20,000 nt of DNA from an uncultured virus (IMG/VR IMGVR_UViG_3300006922_000015) (taxonomy: Duplodnaviria > Heunggongvirae > Uroviricota > Caudoviricetes), in the IMG/VR virus record IMGVR_UViG_3300006922_000015, one strand, 5' to 3'. Position numbers and translations under genes: made by a program. How positions within the stretch are numbered: position 1 is the stretch's first letter; each line of letters begins with the position of its first letter. Under the pieces are notes generated by a model. That model had not been told where the DNA came from, did no database searches, and saw only the letters and a program-made list of their open reading frames with translations. Positions 1 through 8,247 of the stretch are shown here, in pieces.

Positions 1-1
1 T

Positions 2-331
2 GATGTTACTAGTGCTGACATAGAGACAGATTATAAGTATGCCCGTGGTGAGTTATATGAACTCATTCAGAAGGGTCAGGTTGCCATTGAGGAGTTGCTT
101 GACGTTGCTAGGAGCAGTAATCACCCAAGAGCATATGAAGTCGCCTTCCAGGGCATTAAGAACGTTGCTGACATCACTGATAAATTATCTGATCTTCAGA
201 AGAAGATGAAAGATCTAGGTCAGGAAGAAAAGAAAGGACCAACAACAGTTAACAATACTATGTTTGTAGGATCTACTGCTGATCTTGCTAAGATGTTGAA
301 GCAAGCAAAAAATAAATTAGAAGATAAATAA
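2..331 (+). CDS. gp16: Terminase small subunit (T4 gp16-like), 5'-truncated by the window edge
   Basis: The frame is open from position 2 (DVTSADIETDYKYARGELYELIQKGQVAIEELLDVARSSNHPRAYEVA...TVNNTMFVGSTADL). The HPRAYEV and FVGST motifs are typical of T4-like gp16, and it lies upstream of g17. The track's TTG start at 95 is internal. Confidence 0.9.
   Translation, partial: DVTSADIETDYKYARGELYELIQKGQVAIEELLDVARSSNHPRAYEVAFQGIKNVADITDKLSDLQKKMKDLGQEEKKGPTTVNNTMFVGSTADLAKMLKQAKNKLEDK
324..330 (+). promoter_or_regulatory. gp55-dependent late promoter (ATAAATA)
   Basis: ATAAATA overlaps the g16 stop, 18 nt upstream of the ATG at 349, and matches the T4 late consensus TATAAATA. Confidence 0.7.
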
Positions 332-348
332 TTAAAAATTATAGAACA

Positions 349-618
349 ATGAACGTAGTAAAACTTTTAGGTGAATCAACAGTGCTGTCAGACACACCAA
401 ACAACATTGACTCTGGGGAAAGAATTCTTCTTCAGCATAATCACAATGGTGGCAATGCTCACCTAGTGACAGTCAAGAATGTTGGTGGTGATGTACTTGG
501 TAGTGTATATGTTGCTCCTCATAGACCACTGACAATTCAAAAGCAAAGAACAGATACCATTGAAGTAGCAAATGGTGTTAGTGATTTATATGCCACATCT
601 GTTGCACATTTAGGTTAA
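349..618 (+). CDS. Hypothetical 89-aa late protein, probably beta-rich
   Basis: A clean ORF that fills the intergenic space and has its own late promoter; no recognised motif. Confidence 0.8.
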   Translation: MNVVKLLGESTVLSDTPNNIDSGERILLQHNHNGGNAHLVTVKNVGGDVLGSVYVAPHRPLTIQKQRTDTIEVANGVSDLYATSVAHLG

Positions 619-621
619 CAC

Positions 622-628
622 ATAAATA
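622..628 (+). promoter_or_regulatory. Late promoter (ATAAATA)
   Basis: CATAAATAAA lies in the intergenic gap 24 nt before the ATG at 653. Confidence 0.75.
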
Positions 629-652
629 AACTAGTAAACCCTCCCTGCTGGC

Positions 653-1081
653 ATGAAGTCATTTAAAGAATTTAGAGAACTAAGCGAAGCGAAACGTGGA
701 CTTTATGCCAATATCCACGCAAAAAGAAAACGTGGAGAAGCACCTGCTAAACCTGGATCCTCCGACTATCCAGACAAGGATGCTTTTAAAAAATCAGAGA
801 GGACTGCTAAAGAAGAATTTGAACTCACCCAAGAAGGAGCAGCCTGGACAAAAAAGTCAGGAAAAAGTAAGTCAGGAGGACTTAACGCTAAAGGACGAAA
901 ATCTTATGAAAAGGAAAATCCTGGATCTGACCTTAAAGCACCAAGCAAAAAGGTTGGAAATCCCAGGAGGGCATCCTTCTGCGCTCGAATGAAGGGCATG
1001 AAAAAGAAACTAACTAGTAAGAAGACTGCTAGTGATCCCGATAGCAGGATCAACAAATCACTGAGAGCTTGGAACTGTTGA
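653..1081 (+). CDS. Basic modular protein, candidate internal head protein with a capsid-targeting-like N-terminus (C-terminal module resembles DUF6321)
   Basis: The N-terminus MKSFKEFRELSE resembles the T4 internal-protein CTS MKTYQEFIAE. The protein is very K/R-rich, ends in a GGLNAKGRKSY...ASFCARM...RAWNC module, and has a late promoter upstream. Confidence 0.75.
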   Translation: MKSFKEFRELSEAKRGLYANIHAKRKRGEAPAKPGSSDYPDKDAFKKSERTAKEEFELTQEGAAWTKKSGKSKSGGLNAKGRKSYEKENPGSDLKAPSKKVGNPRRASFCARMKGMKKKLTSKKTASDPDSRINKSLRAWNC

Positions 1082-1084
1082 TAA

Positions 1085-2749
1085 ATGGCTGATAAAGTTT
1101 ATAAAGGTTCGCCCAATCTAAAAGCGGCGAACGTGGAAATGAGTTTCACTCCCAAACAGGTTCAGGAGTGGTTGAAATGTGCTGACGATCCCGTCTACTT
1201 TACTAAAAATTATATCAAGATTGTGTCACTGGATGAGGGTCTGGTGCCATTTAAGATGTGGGACTTTCAAGAAGAGATGATTGAAAGGTTCCATAGTAAT
1301 CGTTTTAACATTGCTAAACTACCACGTCAGACTGGTAAGAGTACCACTGTGGTTTCTTACCTGCTGCATTATTGTATCTTTAATGATAATGTCAACATCG
1401 GTATCCTAGCAAACAAACTAAGTACATCCAGAGAACTTCTCGGTAGGTTGCAACTTGCTTACGAGAACCTTCCTAAATGGATGCAGCAAGGTATTGTGTC
1501 ATGGAATAAAGGATCTCTAGAACTTGAGAATGGTTCTAAGATCATGGCAGCATCTACTTCTAGTTCTGCTGTCCGAGGTATGTCATTCAACATCATCTTC
1601 CTGGACGAATTTGCTTTCGTTCCAACTCACATTGCCGAGCAATTTTTCTCCTCAGTATACCCTACGATCTCCTCTGGTAAGTCTACCAAGGTTATTATCA
1701 TCTCCACCCCTAACGGGATGAATATGTTCTACAAGCTCTGGCATGATGCTGAGAGGGGTAAGAACGAATATATCACTACAGAAGTACACTGGAGTCAAGT
1801 TCCTGGCAGAGATGCTAACTGGAAAGAGCAAACGATTGCTAATACATCTCAACGCCAGTTCACTCAAGAATTTGAGTGTGAGTTCCTAGGATCTGTAGAT
1901 ACGTTAATTGCAGCAAGCAAACTGCGAACAATGGTGTATGATGATCCTATTGCCGATAACGGAAAAGGATTAGTAGTTTATGAGAACCCGAAAAAAGAAC
2001 ACGATTATATTATTACTGTTGACGTTGCCCGTGGTGTGGGCAGTGATTATAGCGCATTTTTGGTTTTTGACATTACAAAGTTCCCTTACAGGTTGGTAGC
2101 ACGTTATAAAAATAACGAAATCAAACCTATGATGTTCCCAACCGTTATCACTGATATGGCAAAGGGATATAATAGGGCATATGTTTTAACGGAAGTAAAT
2201 GATATTGGAGATCAGATAGCATCGATGATGCATTTTGATTTGGAGTATGACAATATTTTAATGTGTGCCATGAGAGGGCGAGCAGGACAAATTGTAGGTA
2301 CAGGATTTTCTGGAAAGAAAACACAACTAGGTGTCAAGATGTCTAAGACCGTGAAGAAGGTTGGATGCCTAAACTTAAAAACTTTTATTGAAGATGATAA
2401 ACTAGTCATCCCAGATTACGATACTATCAGTGAACTTACTACGTTCATTCAAAAAAGTCAATCATTTGAAGCAGAAGAAGGATGTCATGATGACCTTGCA
2501 ATGTGTCTGGTTATCTTCTGCTGGTTAGCAGTACAAGATTACTTTAAAGAGATGACGGACAATGATGTTCGCCAAAGAATTTATGATGAACAAAAAAATC
2601 AAATTGATCAAGATATGTCACCCTTCGGATTTATTTCTGATGGTCTGGAAGATCAAGAAAGTTTTGTAGATAAAGATGGAGATCGTTGGTTCTTGGATGA
2701 GTATGGTGATGTGTCATCAGAATTTACTTACATGGGTTCTTATAACTAA
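1085..2749 (+). CDS. gp17: Terminase large subunit
   Basis: Walker A LPRQTGKST, Walker B IIFLDEFAF, coupling motif ISTPNG, and nuclease residues ITVDVARG and HDDLAM; located between g16 and g18. Confidence 0.97.
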   Translation: MADKVYKGSPNLKAANVEMSFTPKQVQEWLKCADDPVYFTKNYIKIVSLDEGLVPFKMWDFQEEMIERFHSNRFNIAKLPRQTGKSTTVVSYLLHYCIFNDNVNIGILANKLSTSRELLGRLQLAYENLPKWMQQGIVSWNKGSLELENGSKIMAASTSSSAVRGMSFNIIFLDEFAFVPTHIAEQFFSSVYPTISSGKSTKVIIISTPNGMNMFYKLWHDAERGKNEYITTEVHWSQVPGRDANWKEQTIANTSQRQFTQEFECEFLGSVDTLIAASKLRTMVYDDPIADNGKGLVVYENPKKEHDYIITVDVARGVGSDYSAFLVFDITKFPYRLVARYKNNEIKPMMFPTVITDMAKGYNRAYVLTEVNDIGDQIASMMHFDLEYDNILMCAMRGRAGQIVGTGFSGKKTQLGVKMSKTVKKVGCLNLKTFIEDDKLVIPDYDTISELTTFIQKSQSFEAEEGCHDDLAMCLVIFCWLAVQDYFKEMTDNDVRQRIYDEQKNQIDQDMSPFGFISDGLEDQESFVDKDGDRWFLDEYGDVSSEFTYMGSYN

Positions 2750-2976
2750 TGGACTTTGAGGAGGAGTTTCAATTAGAACATCTCCTATTCAAAGAAAGGA
2801 AATGCAGATCTTGTAGTAAAGTCAAAGATCTACTCACAGATTTTTATAGAACTAGGAAAGGAAGATCAACATTATCAGCATACTCTTATGAATGTAAAGA
2901 CTGTACTGTTAAAAGAGTTATGGAGACTAGAAAAAAGAAAGATCGTTTTACTGAAATAGGTTATCCAGACTGGTAG
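2749..2976 (+). CDS. Small Zn-finger protein (CxxC...CxxC), translationally coupled to g17
   Basis: CRSC and CKDC pairs with an intervening FY motif; TAATG overlap with the g17 stop. Confidence 0.8.
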   Translation: MDFEEEFQLEHLLFKERKCRSCSKVKDLLTDFYRTRKGRSTLSAYSYECKDCTVKRVMETRKKKDRFTEIGYPDW

Positions 2977-3013
2977 TTCATGCATTGTTTCCCCAGTTGA
3001 AACATAGGATTTC

Positions 3014-3020
3014 ATAAATA
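3014..3020 (+). promoter_or_regulatory. Late promoter for g18
   Basis: CATAAATA followed by an AGAGGT RBS before the ATG at 3056. Confidence 0.8.
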
Positions 3021-3055
3021 ATCACAGAATAAAATCTGAACTTTAGAGGTAAAAG

Positions 3056-4993
3056 ATGGCATCTCAATCATCGCCAGGTATTATTGTTCAGGAGCGCGAT
3101 TTTACTAATTCACGTCTCCAAGAAACATCTACCAACGTCGGCGCTATTGCTGGTCCTTTCACGAAAGGCGAAGTAGGCGTTGCAAAATTAATCACAAACG
3201 AGAAAGAACTCGTTTCAACTTTCGGTAAGCCAACCGGAGACAACTACGAATTTTGGTTTACAGCTTCCGAGTTTCTTAACTACGGTGGCAATCTTCAAGT
3301 AGCAAGAATTTCTAGTTCTGCCGCTGGATTTTTAACCAACGCCACCACAACAGGTGCAGCATCAGTAAACATCAATAACTTAGGTGATTACGAAGCTAAC
3401 TTTGAAGGCAGTTCACAAGTCTATGATTTTGCTTCCAAAACTCCCGGAACATGGGGTAATGCACTTCAGGTTGTATCAATCGATGCTGGTGCGGATCAAA
3501 TTCTGACACTTGCTAACGGTGTAGCCTTCTCACAAGGAGACGCAGTTACTGACGGAACTGCTACTGGTGTTGTATATGAAGATAACAGCGGAGACACCAC
3601 AAAGGTTGCTGTTGTTCTTGATGCTGGTTCTGATAAGTTCGTCAAGGATGGAACAGTAAGCACAGAAAACGTTGATGGTGTTGCTAGCTGGTATGACGAG
3701 CAGTTTGCTGTCGCTGGTTTAATTAAGTGGAGTGCAATCGCACCTCGCCCTGGTACTTCACCTTTCGCTGCTGAAAAAAGTGGTGCTAATGATGAAATGC
3801 ATTTCGCAATCATCGATGCAACTGGTGGTGTTACCGGAACAGCAAATACAATCCTCGAAAAAATTCTTTTCGTCTCAAAAGCACCTGGTGCTAAGACTAC
3901 CGAAGGAGAAGGTAACTTCTTCAAGAACGTCATCAAAGGTCGTTCAAAGTATATCTATGTAACTGCTTACGAAGATACTGCAGTATACACACCTACTAAT
4001 GGTGTAGATATTTCTGATTCTGCTACTGCAGCAAGCGTCTTCAAACTCTACGGTCCCAAGTCTTATACATTGTCTGGTGGTACTGACTATCAGAATTACA
4101 ATGTAGGAAACGAAACTCAAACATATCTCGATGTCTTCTCTGACACTGAGACCATGTTGATTGATTATATCCTCACTGGTCCTTCAAGTCTTGCAAAAGC
4201 AAACTCACTGATCAACCTTTCTAATACCAGAAAAGATTGTATCACTCTTGTTTCACCACAAAAATCTGACGTTCTTGGATCTGGTGCTTCTACTGGTTCT
4301 GCTCAAACAGAAAACGTTGTAGACTTCTTTGAAGCAATCAGCGATAGTTCTTCATACGCTGTTTTCTCAAACAACTACAAGTACATCTATGACAGATTTA
4401 ATGATGCATATCGTTGGATCCCATGTGATGCTGATGTTGCTGGTCTTTGTGTAAATGCTGCTGACACTGCTGAAGCATGGTTCTCACCTGCTGGTTTCAA
4501 TAGAGGTAACTTGAGAAATGCGATTAAGATTGCTTACAATCCTAATCAAGCACAGAGAGATGAACTTTATGGAAAGCGTATCAATCCTATCGTTTCATTC
4601 CCCGGTCAAGGTATTGTTCTTTTCGGAGACAAAACTGCTCTTCGCAGTCCTTCTGCATTCGATCGTATCAACGTCCGTCGTTTGTTCCTCATTCTTGAGA
4701 GAACAATCAAAGAGTTCTCTAAGAGTGTACTTTTTGAGTTGAATGATGTAACCACTCGTAATAACTTTGCTACGCAGGTAAACAACTACATGCGTGACAT
4801 TCAGGCAAGAAGAGGCATGACTGATTTCCTCGTAGTTGCCGATGAATCAAATAACACTGCCGATGTTATCGACAGAAATGAATTTGTTGCCGACATCTAT
4901 ATCAAGCCTTCTAGATCAATTAACTTCATCACTCTTACATTCGTTGCCACCCGCACTGGTGTTAGTTTTGACGAAGTAGTTGGTAGAGTTTGA
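3056..4993 (+). CDS. gp18: Tail sheath protein
   Basis: N-terminal SPGIIVQERD, and C-terminal WFSPAGFNRG, LFGDKT, SAFDRINVRRLF and IYIKPSRSINFITLTFVATRTGVSFDEV. Confidence 0.97.
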   Translation: MASQSSPGIIVQERDFTNSRLQETSTNVGAIAGPFTKGEVGVAKLITNEKELVSTFGKPTGDNYEFWFTASEFLNYGGNLQVARISSSAAGFLTNATTTGAASVNINNLGDYEANFEGSSQVYDFASKTPGTWGNALQVVSIDAGADQILTLANGVAFSQGDAVTDGTATGVVYEDNSGDTTKVAVVLDAGSDKFVKDGTVSTENVDGVASWYDEQFAVAGLIKWSAIAPRPGTSPFAAEKSGANDEMHFAIIDATGGVTGTANTILEKILFVSKAPGAKTTEGEGNFFKNVIKGRSKYIYVTAYEDTAVYTPTNGVDISDSATAASVFKLYGPKSYTLSGGTDYQNYNVGNETQTYLDVFSDTETMLIDYILTGPSSLAKANSLINLSNTRKDCITLVSPQKSDVLGSGASTGSAQTENVVDFFEAISDSSSYAVFSNNYKYIYDRFNDAYRWIPCDADVAGLCVNAADTAEAWFSPAGFNRGNLRNAIKIAYNPNQAQRDELYGKRINPIVSFPGQGIVLFGDKTALRSPSAFDRINVRRLFLILERTIKEFSKSVLFELNDVTTRNNFATQVNNYMRDIQARRGMTDFLVVADESNNTADVIDRNEFVADIYIKPSRSINFITLTFVATRTGVSFDEVVGRV

Positions 4994-4999
4994 TTAACA

Positions 5000-5006
5000 A
5001 TAAATA
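5000..5006 (+). promoter_or_regulatory. Late promoter for g19
   Basis: ATAAATA followed by a TAAGGAG RBS and the ATG at 5029. Confidence 0.8.
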
Positions 5007-5028
5007 CAAATAAGGAGATAATCAAACA

Positions 5029-5616
5029 ATGGCAAACTTAACCGCATTTAAAGGAAAAATTGGTTACGGTCTTCGTCCTAATCTATTCCGTGTAAGCGTA
5101 GTAGATCTTGAGGCAAACATCAGTTCTATTGATGGTGCTTCCGACGTTAAAGCCGGTGATGGCAAATTTTCATTCCTATGTCGTTCTGCTGGTATCCCTG
5201 CCAGCAGTGTTGGAACTGTAGAAGTTCCTTTCAGAGGTAGAGTTATCAAACTTCCTGGAGACAGAACGTTTGAATCATGGACTGTTACCGTAATGGCTGA
5301 CGAAGACATGGCACTCAGAGGATACTTTGAGAAGTGGATGGATCGTCTGAATAAGCATGATGATGGCGCTGGATATACTTCAGCTTTTGCTTCTACTTTA
5401 CAAGTTGATCAACTTGGTAGAGGAATTAATTCAGGAGATGATCCTTCCGATCCTCATAACGTAGTAAGATCCTACAAATTCAACAACGCTTTCCCGAGCA
5501 ATATTGCTCAGATTGACTTGTCATATGACAACAATAATACTGTTGCTGAGTACACTGTTGAATTCCAGTATGACTGGTGGGAAACTGATGACGTAGGCGC
5601 AAGTTCAATTGCGTGA
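5029..5616 (+). CDS. gp19: Tail tube protein
   Basis: RPNLF, VPFRGRVIKLPGDRTFESWTVT, FPSNIAQIDLSYD and EYTVEFQYDWW motifs; follows g18. Confidence 0.95.
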   Translation: MANLTAFKGKIGYGLRPNLFRVSVVDLEANISSIDGASDVKAGDGKFSFLCRSAGIPASSVGTVEVPFRGRVIKLPGDRTFESWTVTVMADEDMALRGYFEKWMDRLNKHDDGAGYTSAFASTLQVDQLGRGINSGDDPSDPHNVVRSYKFNNAFPSNIAQIDLSYDNNNTVAEYTVEFQYDWWETDDVGASSIA

Positions 5617-5622
5617 TAAATA
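5616..5622 (+). promoter_or_regulatory. Late promoter for g20
   Basis: ATAAATA overlaps the g19 stop. Confidence 0.75.
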
Positions 5623-5652
5623 ACTACAGTAAAACGTAGTTTCATTTATACA

Positions 5653-7284
5653 ATGGCGGAGTTATTCGGATTTTCTTTAGACAAAGATAATCAAAAGAAA
5701 AAAAAGCAGCAGGGGTTAGTATCTCCTGTTGCTCCCAATAACGATGATGGGACCGTAACAATCTCTGCTGGAGGTTATTACGGTCAATATGTCGATATTG
5801 AAGGTGTCTCAAAAAATGAATTTGAGCAGATCAGAAAATATCGCGAGGTATCATTACATCCAGAAGTAGATTCTGCGATTGATGAAGTAGTCAACGAGGC
5901 AATCGTTGCTGATGGTGATGATTCACCAGTAGAAATTGAACTCTCTAATCTTGAAGTAAGTGAATCAATCAAGAAGAGAATTCGAGAAGAATTTAAAGAA
6001 CTTAAAAGACTAATTAAGTTTGACAAAAAATGCTACCACATTTTCAGGCGTTGGTACATTGATGGCAGACTGTATTATCATAAGGTAATTGATGTAAACA
6101 AACCCACTGAGGGTATTAAAGAACTCCGCTACATTGATCCATTAAAGATCAAAAAAATGCGTGAGGTTAAAAAGTCAGCTGCTCCTGCTACAGATAGCAA
6201 TGGAAAAGTTGATTACGGAAGTATTACTGAGTATTATTTGTATAACCCTAAGGGTGTATTTAATAGTAAAGCAACAGTTTCAATTGCAGGCAACGATCAG
6301 TTAGGGGTAAAAATTGCTCCTGACGCAATTACATTTGTGTCATCAGGTTTGCTTGACATGAATAATAACCTTCCATTATCTTATCTTCATAAGGCATTGA
6401 AGGCAGTTAACCAACTGAGAATGATTGAAGATTCTCTGGTTATCTATAGAATGTCTCGCGCTCCTGAGCGTAGAATTTTCTACATTGATGTTGGCAATCT
6501 TCCTAAAGCAAAGGCAGAGCAATACCTCAGAGAGGTTATGTCTCGCTACAGAAACAAGTTAGTGTATGACGCTAACACTGGTGAAATTCGTGACGACAAA
6601 AAGTTCATGAGTATGCTGGAAGATTTCTGGTTACCTCGCCGTGAAGGTGGTAGAGGAACAGAAATCACTACACTTCCTGGTGCTCAAAATCTCGGAGAAC
6701 TGAAGGACGTTGAATACTTCCTGAAGAAACTCTACAAATCGCTTAACCTCCCACCATCTCGCGTGGGCGAGGAGAAGGGATTTAGTCTCGGACGTTCCAA
6801 TGAGATCTTGCGTGATGAACTTAAGTTCGTAAAATTTGTCGGAAGGTTGCGTAAAGAATTCGCACATCTCTTCAATGATATGTTGAAGACACAACTCATT
6901 CTGAAAGGTGTTATCACCACAGATGACTGGGAGATGATGGAACAGCATATTCAATATGACTTCCTGTTCGATAACCATTTCACTGAACTAAAAGAAATTG
7001 AAATGATTGGCGAGAGGTTAAATCTCGTAGAGAGAATGCAACCTTTCCTTGGAGTATATTATTCCAACGATCATATCAAACGTCAGATCCTACAGCAAAC
7101 GGAAGCTGAAATGGAAGAGATTAAGATCCAAATTGACATTGAGAAAAAATCAGGTGAACTGATGGATACTCCAGTCATGCCAGTGGAAGATCCTAATGCT
7201 GTAGCACCTCCAGCAGGCGGACCTGTTGATACAACATCGAAGCCTCCTATGAAAGCACAAACTTCTAAAGAAGTTGAAAACTAA
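5653..7284 (+). CDS. gp20: Portal vertex protein
   Basis: MAELFGFS, IEDSLVIYRMSRAPERRIFYIDVGNLPK and EDFWLPRREGGRGTEITTLPG are the classic cyanophage g20 marker motifs. Confidence 0.98.
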   Translation: MAELFGFSLDKDNQKKKKQQGLVSPVAPNNDDGTVTISAGGYYGQYVDIEGVSKNEFEQIRKYREVSLHPEVDSAIDEVVNEAIVADGDDSPVEIELSNLEVSESIKKRIREEFKELKRLIKFDKKCYHIFRRWYIDGRLYYHKVIDVNKPTEGIKELRYIDPLKIKKMREVKKSAAPATDSNGKVDYGSITEYYLYNPKGVFNSKATVSIAGNDQLGVKIAPDAITFVSSGLLDMNNNLPLSYLHKALKAVNQLRMIEDSLVIYRMSRAPERRIFYIDVGNLPKAKAEQYLREVMSRYRNKLVYDANTGEIRDDKKFMSMLEDFWLPRREGGRGTEITTLPGAQNLGELKDVEYFLKKLYKSLNLPPSRVGEEKGFSLGRSNEILRDELKFVKFVGRLRKEFAHLFNDMLKTQLILKGVITTDDWEMMEQHIQYDFLFDNHFTELKEIEMIGERLNLVERMQPFLGVYYSNDHIKRQILQQTEAEMEEIKIQIDIEKKSGELMDTPVMPVEDPNAVAPPAGGPVDTTSKPPMKAQTSKEVEN

Positions 7285-7287
7285 ATA
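7281..7287 (+). promoter_or_regulatory. Late promoter variant (CTAAATA)
   Basis: Overlaps the g20 stop, upstream of the 7311/g21 unit. Confidence 0.6.
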
Positions 7288-7310
7288 ATATTATAATTTA
7301 ATTTACTATT

Positions 7311-7553
7311 ATGAGTGTAACTAAAGAATTGATTAACCAAATTGTTAACGGAGAAAACTCCGTTGCATCTGATGAAGTGATTGATGTGCTTTATGCCAAG
7401 GCATCTGAAGCATTGGATATTTACAAAAAAGAATATTCCACTCAACTGATGAACCCAACTGAAGAAGAACCTGAAGTTGAGTCTGAAGTTCCTGAAGTAG
7501 AAGCATCTGCTGAAGAACCTACCACAGAACCCGAACCCACAGAAGAACCATGA
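7311..7553 (+). CDS. Small acidic protein, probable prohead core protein (gp67-like by position)
   Basis: Lies between g20 and g21, has an E/P-rich repetitive C-terminus, and overlaps g21 by ATGA. Confidence 0.7.
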   Translation: MSVTKELINQIVNGENSVASDEVIDVLYAKASEALDIYKKEYSTQLMNPTEEEPEVESEVPEVEASAEEPTTEPEPTEEP

Positions 7554-8194
7554 AACTTATCGTAGAGCACATTGAGGATATTGAACTCCTCACTGAAGAG
7601 AAAGATGGAAAAGAGTATACATACATTCAGGGAGTATTTCTCCAGGGCGATCTAAAAAATCGCAATGGTCGTGTATATCCCATGCCTGTTCTTCAGCGCG
7701 AAGTGACTAATTACAATGAAAATTTTGTACAGAAGTCCCGTGCTCTCGGTGAACTAGGTCACCCTGATGGTCCTACCATCAACCTTGATCGTGTTTCACA
7801 TAAGATTGTGGAACTTTACCAAGATGGTTCAAACTATATTGGTAAGGCGAAACTGCTTGAAACCCCTATGGGTCAGATCGCAAAGAACCTTCTTCGCGAA
7901 GGTGTACAACTCGGAGTTTCTTCTAGAGGTGTAGGTAGTTTGGAATCTAAAGGTGGTTCTAACTATGTCCGTGATGATTTCATGCTTACTACTGCTGCCG
8001 ATATTGTAGCAGATCCTTCTGCTCCCGACGCTTTTGTTGACGGAATTATGGAAGGAAAAGAGTGGGTTTGGAATAATGGAGCATTTAAAGAAGCAGATCT
8101 CCAAAGAGTTAAGGAAGAGTTAGACAGTGTATCTCGCAATCAACTTGAGGGTAAAATCCTCGAAGGGTTTGAGAGACTGCTTTCTAACTTGTAA
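7550..8194 (+). CDS. gp21: Prohead protease
   Basis: NRNGRVYP, ALGELGHP (catalytic His), GVSSRGVGS (catalytic Ser) and DIVADPSAPDAFV. Confidence 0.96.
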   Translation: MKLIVEHIEDIELLTEEKDGKEYTYIQGVFLQGDLKNRNGRVYPMPVLQREVTNYNENFVQKSRALGELGHPDGPTINLDRVSHKIVELYQDGSNYIGKAKLLETPMGQIAKNLLREGVQLGVSSRGVGSLESKGGSNYVRDDFMLTTAADIVADPSAPDAFVDGIMEGKEWVWNNGAFKEADLQRVKEELDSVSRNQLEGKILEGFERLLSNL

Positions 8195-8199
8195 TTTTA

Positions 8200-8206
8200 A
8201 TAAATA
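8200..8206 (+). promoter_or_regulatory. Late promoter for g22
   Basis: ATAAATA in the intergenic region, with a TAAGGGG RBS before the ATG at 8248. Confidence 0.8.
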
Positions 8207-8247
8207 AGTAATAGAAAATCAAAAGTATCCATAAGGGGTTATTTTAA

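Noticed and set aside
95..331. 78-aa ORF with a TTG start, as listed in the track
   Set aside because: It is the C-terminal part of gp16; the frame is open back to the window edge.
696..992. 98-aa +1-frame ORF inside ORF 653
   Set aside because: No RBS or motif; a shadow of a K/A-rich gene.
3496..3936. 146-aa minus-strand ORF opposite g18, and similar antisense ORFs opposite g17, g19, g20, g21, g22, g23, g46, g47 and g44
   Set aside because: These are antisense shadows expected from codon bias; I found no promoter, RBS or protein motif for them.
6353..6382. TTGACA-18-TATCTT inside g20
   Set aside because: Weak -10 and no plausible downstream early gene. The other TTGACA hits (2067, 6020, 7133, 11978) lack a -10.
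7274..7297. TTGAAA...TATAAT upstream of ORF 7311
   Set aside because: The 12-nt spacing is incompatible with sigma70; the late motif CTAAATA explains the site.
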